DNA of 62,632 nt, counting the filler, from Basidioascus undulatus (taxonomy: Eukaryota): the NCBI GenBank assembly GCA_000826855.1. It is 9 parts of 9 records of this genome, joined end to end, with 100 filler letters (N's around TTAATTAATTAA, not from the genome) between each part and the next. Parts side by side here need not be neighbours in the genome. Positions count along the whole stretch, not along the records: positions 55,782 to 62,632 come from JTLS01001668.1; 8 more parts are not named here. One strand, 5' to 3'. Made by a program: the position numbers and the translations under genes. The notes under the pieces are model-generated. The model had not been told where the DNA came from, did not search any database, and saw only the letters and a program-made list of their open reading frames with translations. Below, one piece after another: positions 62,295 through 62,632 of this stretch (the stretch's first letter is position 1; every line of letters starts with the position of its first letter).

Positions 62295-62632
62295 ATGGCC
62301 CCGCCTGTTGGGACGGCACAGACGACGTTCGTCCAGCCGGACGAGTACACCTGGGACCTGCACAGCGTGTACAGCGCATTCATCGGGTGCGTCTTCTCTC
62401 CTGCTTTTCAAACCACAACCGTTCACACTAAAGAGTGCGCTGGAAACCCACAGCCATTTCGAAGAGCGCGGTACCTCGTCCTCCTCCCCGCTCTAGGGTC
62501 TAGCAAGCATTCTCAACTCGTCCTCTCTCGCTACAGGAATCCCCTACTACGAAACGACCTACGGCTCCCTCTTCCTCTCCTTCCCCTCCTTCCTCTCCTC
62601 GATGTCGCACCCCCCGCCCGCGAACCCCTCCA
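62295..62632 (+). CDS. Start of an unidentified spliced gene, truncated by window end
   Basis: MAPPVGTAQTTFVQPDEYTWDLHSVYSAFIG, a GTGCGT donor, then exon GIPYYETTYGSLFLSF. Confidence 0.4.
   Translation, partial: MAPPVGTAQTTFVQPDEYTWDLHSVYSAFIGCVFSPAFQTTTVHTKECAGNPQPFRRARYLVLLPALGSSKHSQLVLSRYRNPLLRNDLRLPLPLLPLLPLLDVAPPAREPL

Overview
Eukaryotic fungal DNA, most likely a basidiomycete of the Pucciniomycotina type (inferred from GC-rich exons, many short GTGCGT/GTGAGT...CTGAC...YAG introns and protein similarity). The window is not one locus. It is nine unrelated contigs of about 6.8-6.9 kb, roughly sorted by length and joined by artificial 100-nt spacers (N44-TTAATTAATTAA-N44), so gene neighbourhoods across spacers mean nothing. 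Recognisable intron-containing genes: aspartate kinase (HOM3), THOC7, carboxypeptidase S (CPS1), an OSBP/Osh protein, HEM13, a PNPOx-like FMN protein, AMACR, STRAP, VPS72, a single-RRM protein, HEM3, a GCR1_C-domain protein, RTP1/TANGO6 and DDAH. There are three conventional tRNAs (Glu-CTC, Ser-CGA with intron, Arg-CCG) and several decayed genes. The standout is an apparent circularly permuted tRNA-Arg(TCG) gene at 5490-5582. Its 3' half lies upstream of its 5' half, the break is at the canonical 37/38 intron position, and a Pol III terminator follows. I know this architecture from red/green algae, a nucleomorph and one archaeon, but not from fungi. All calls were made by eye, without database searches.
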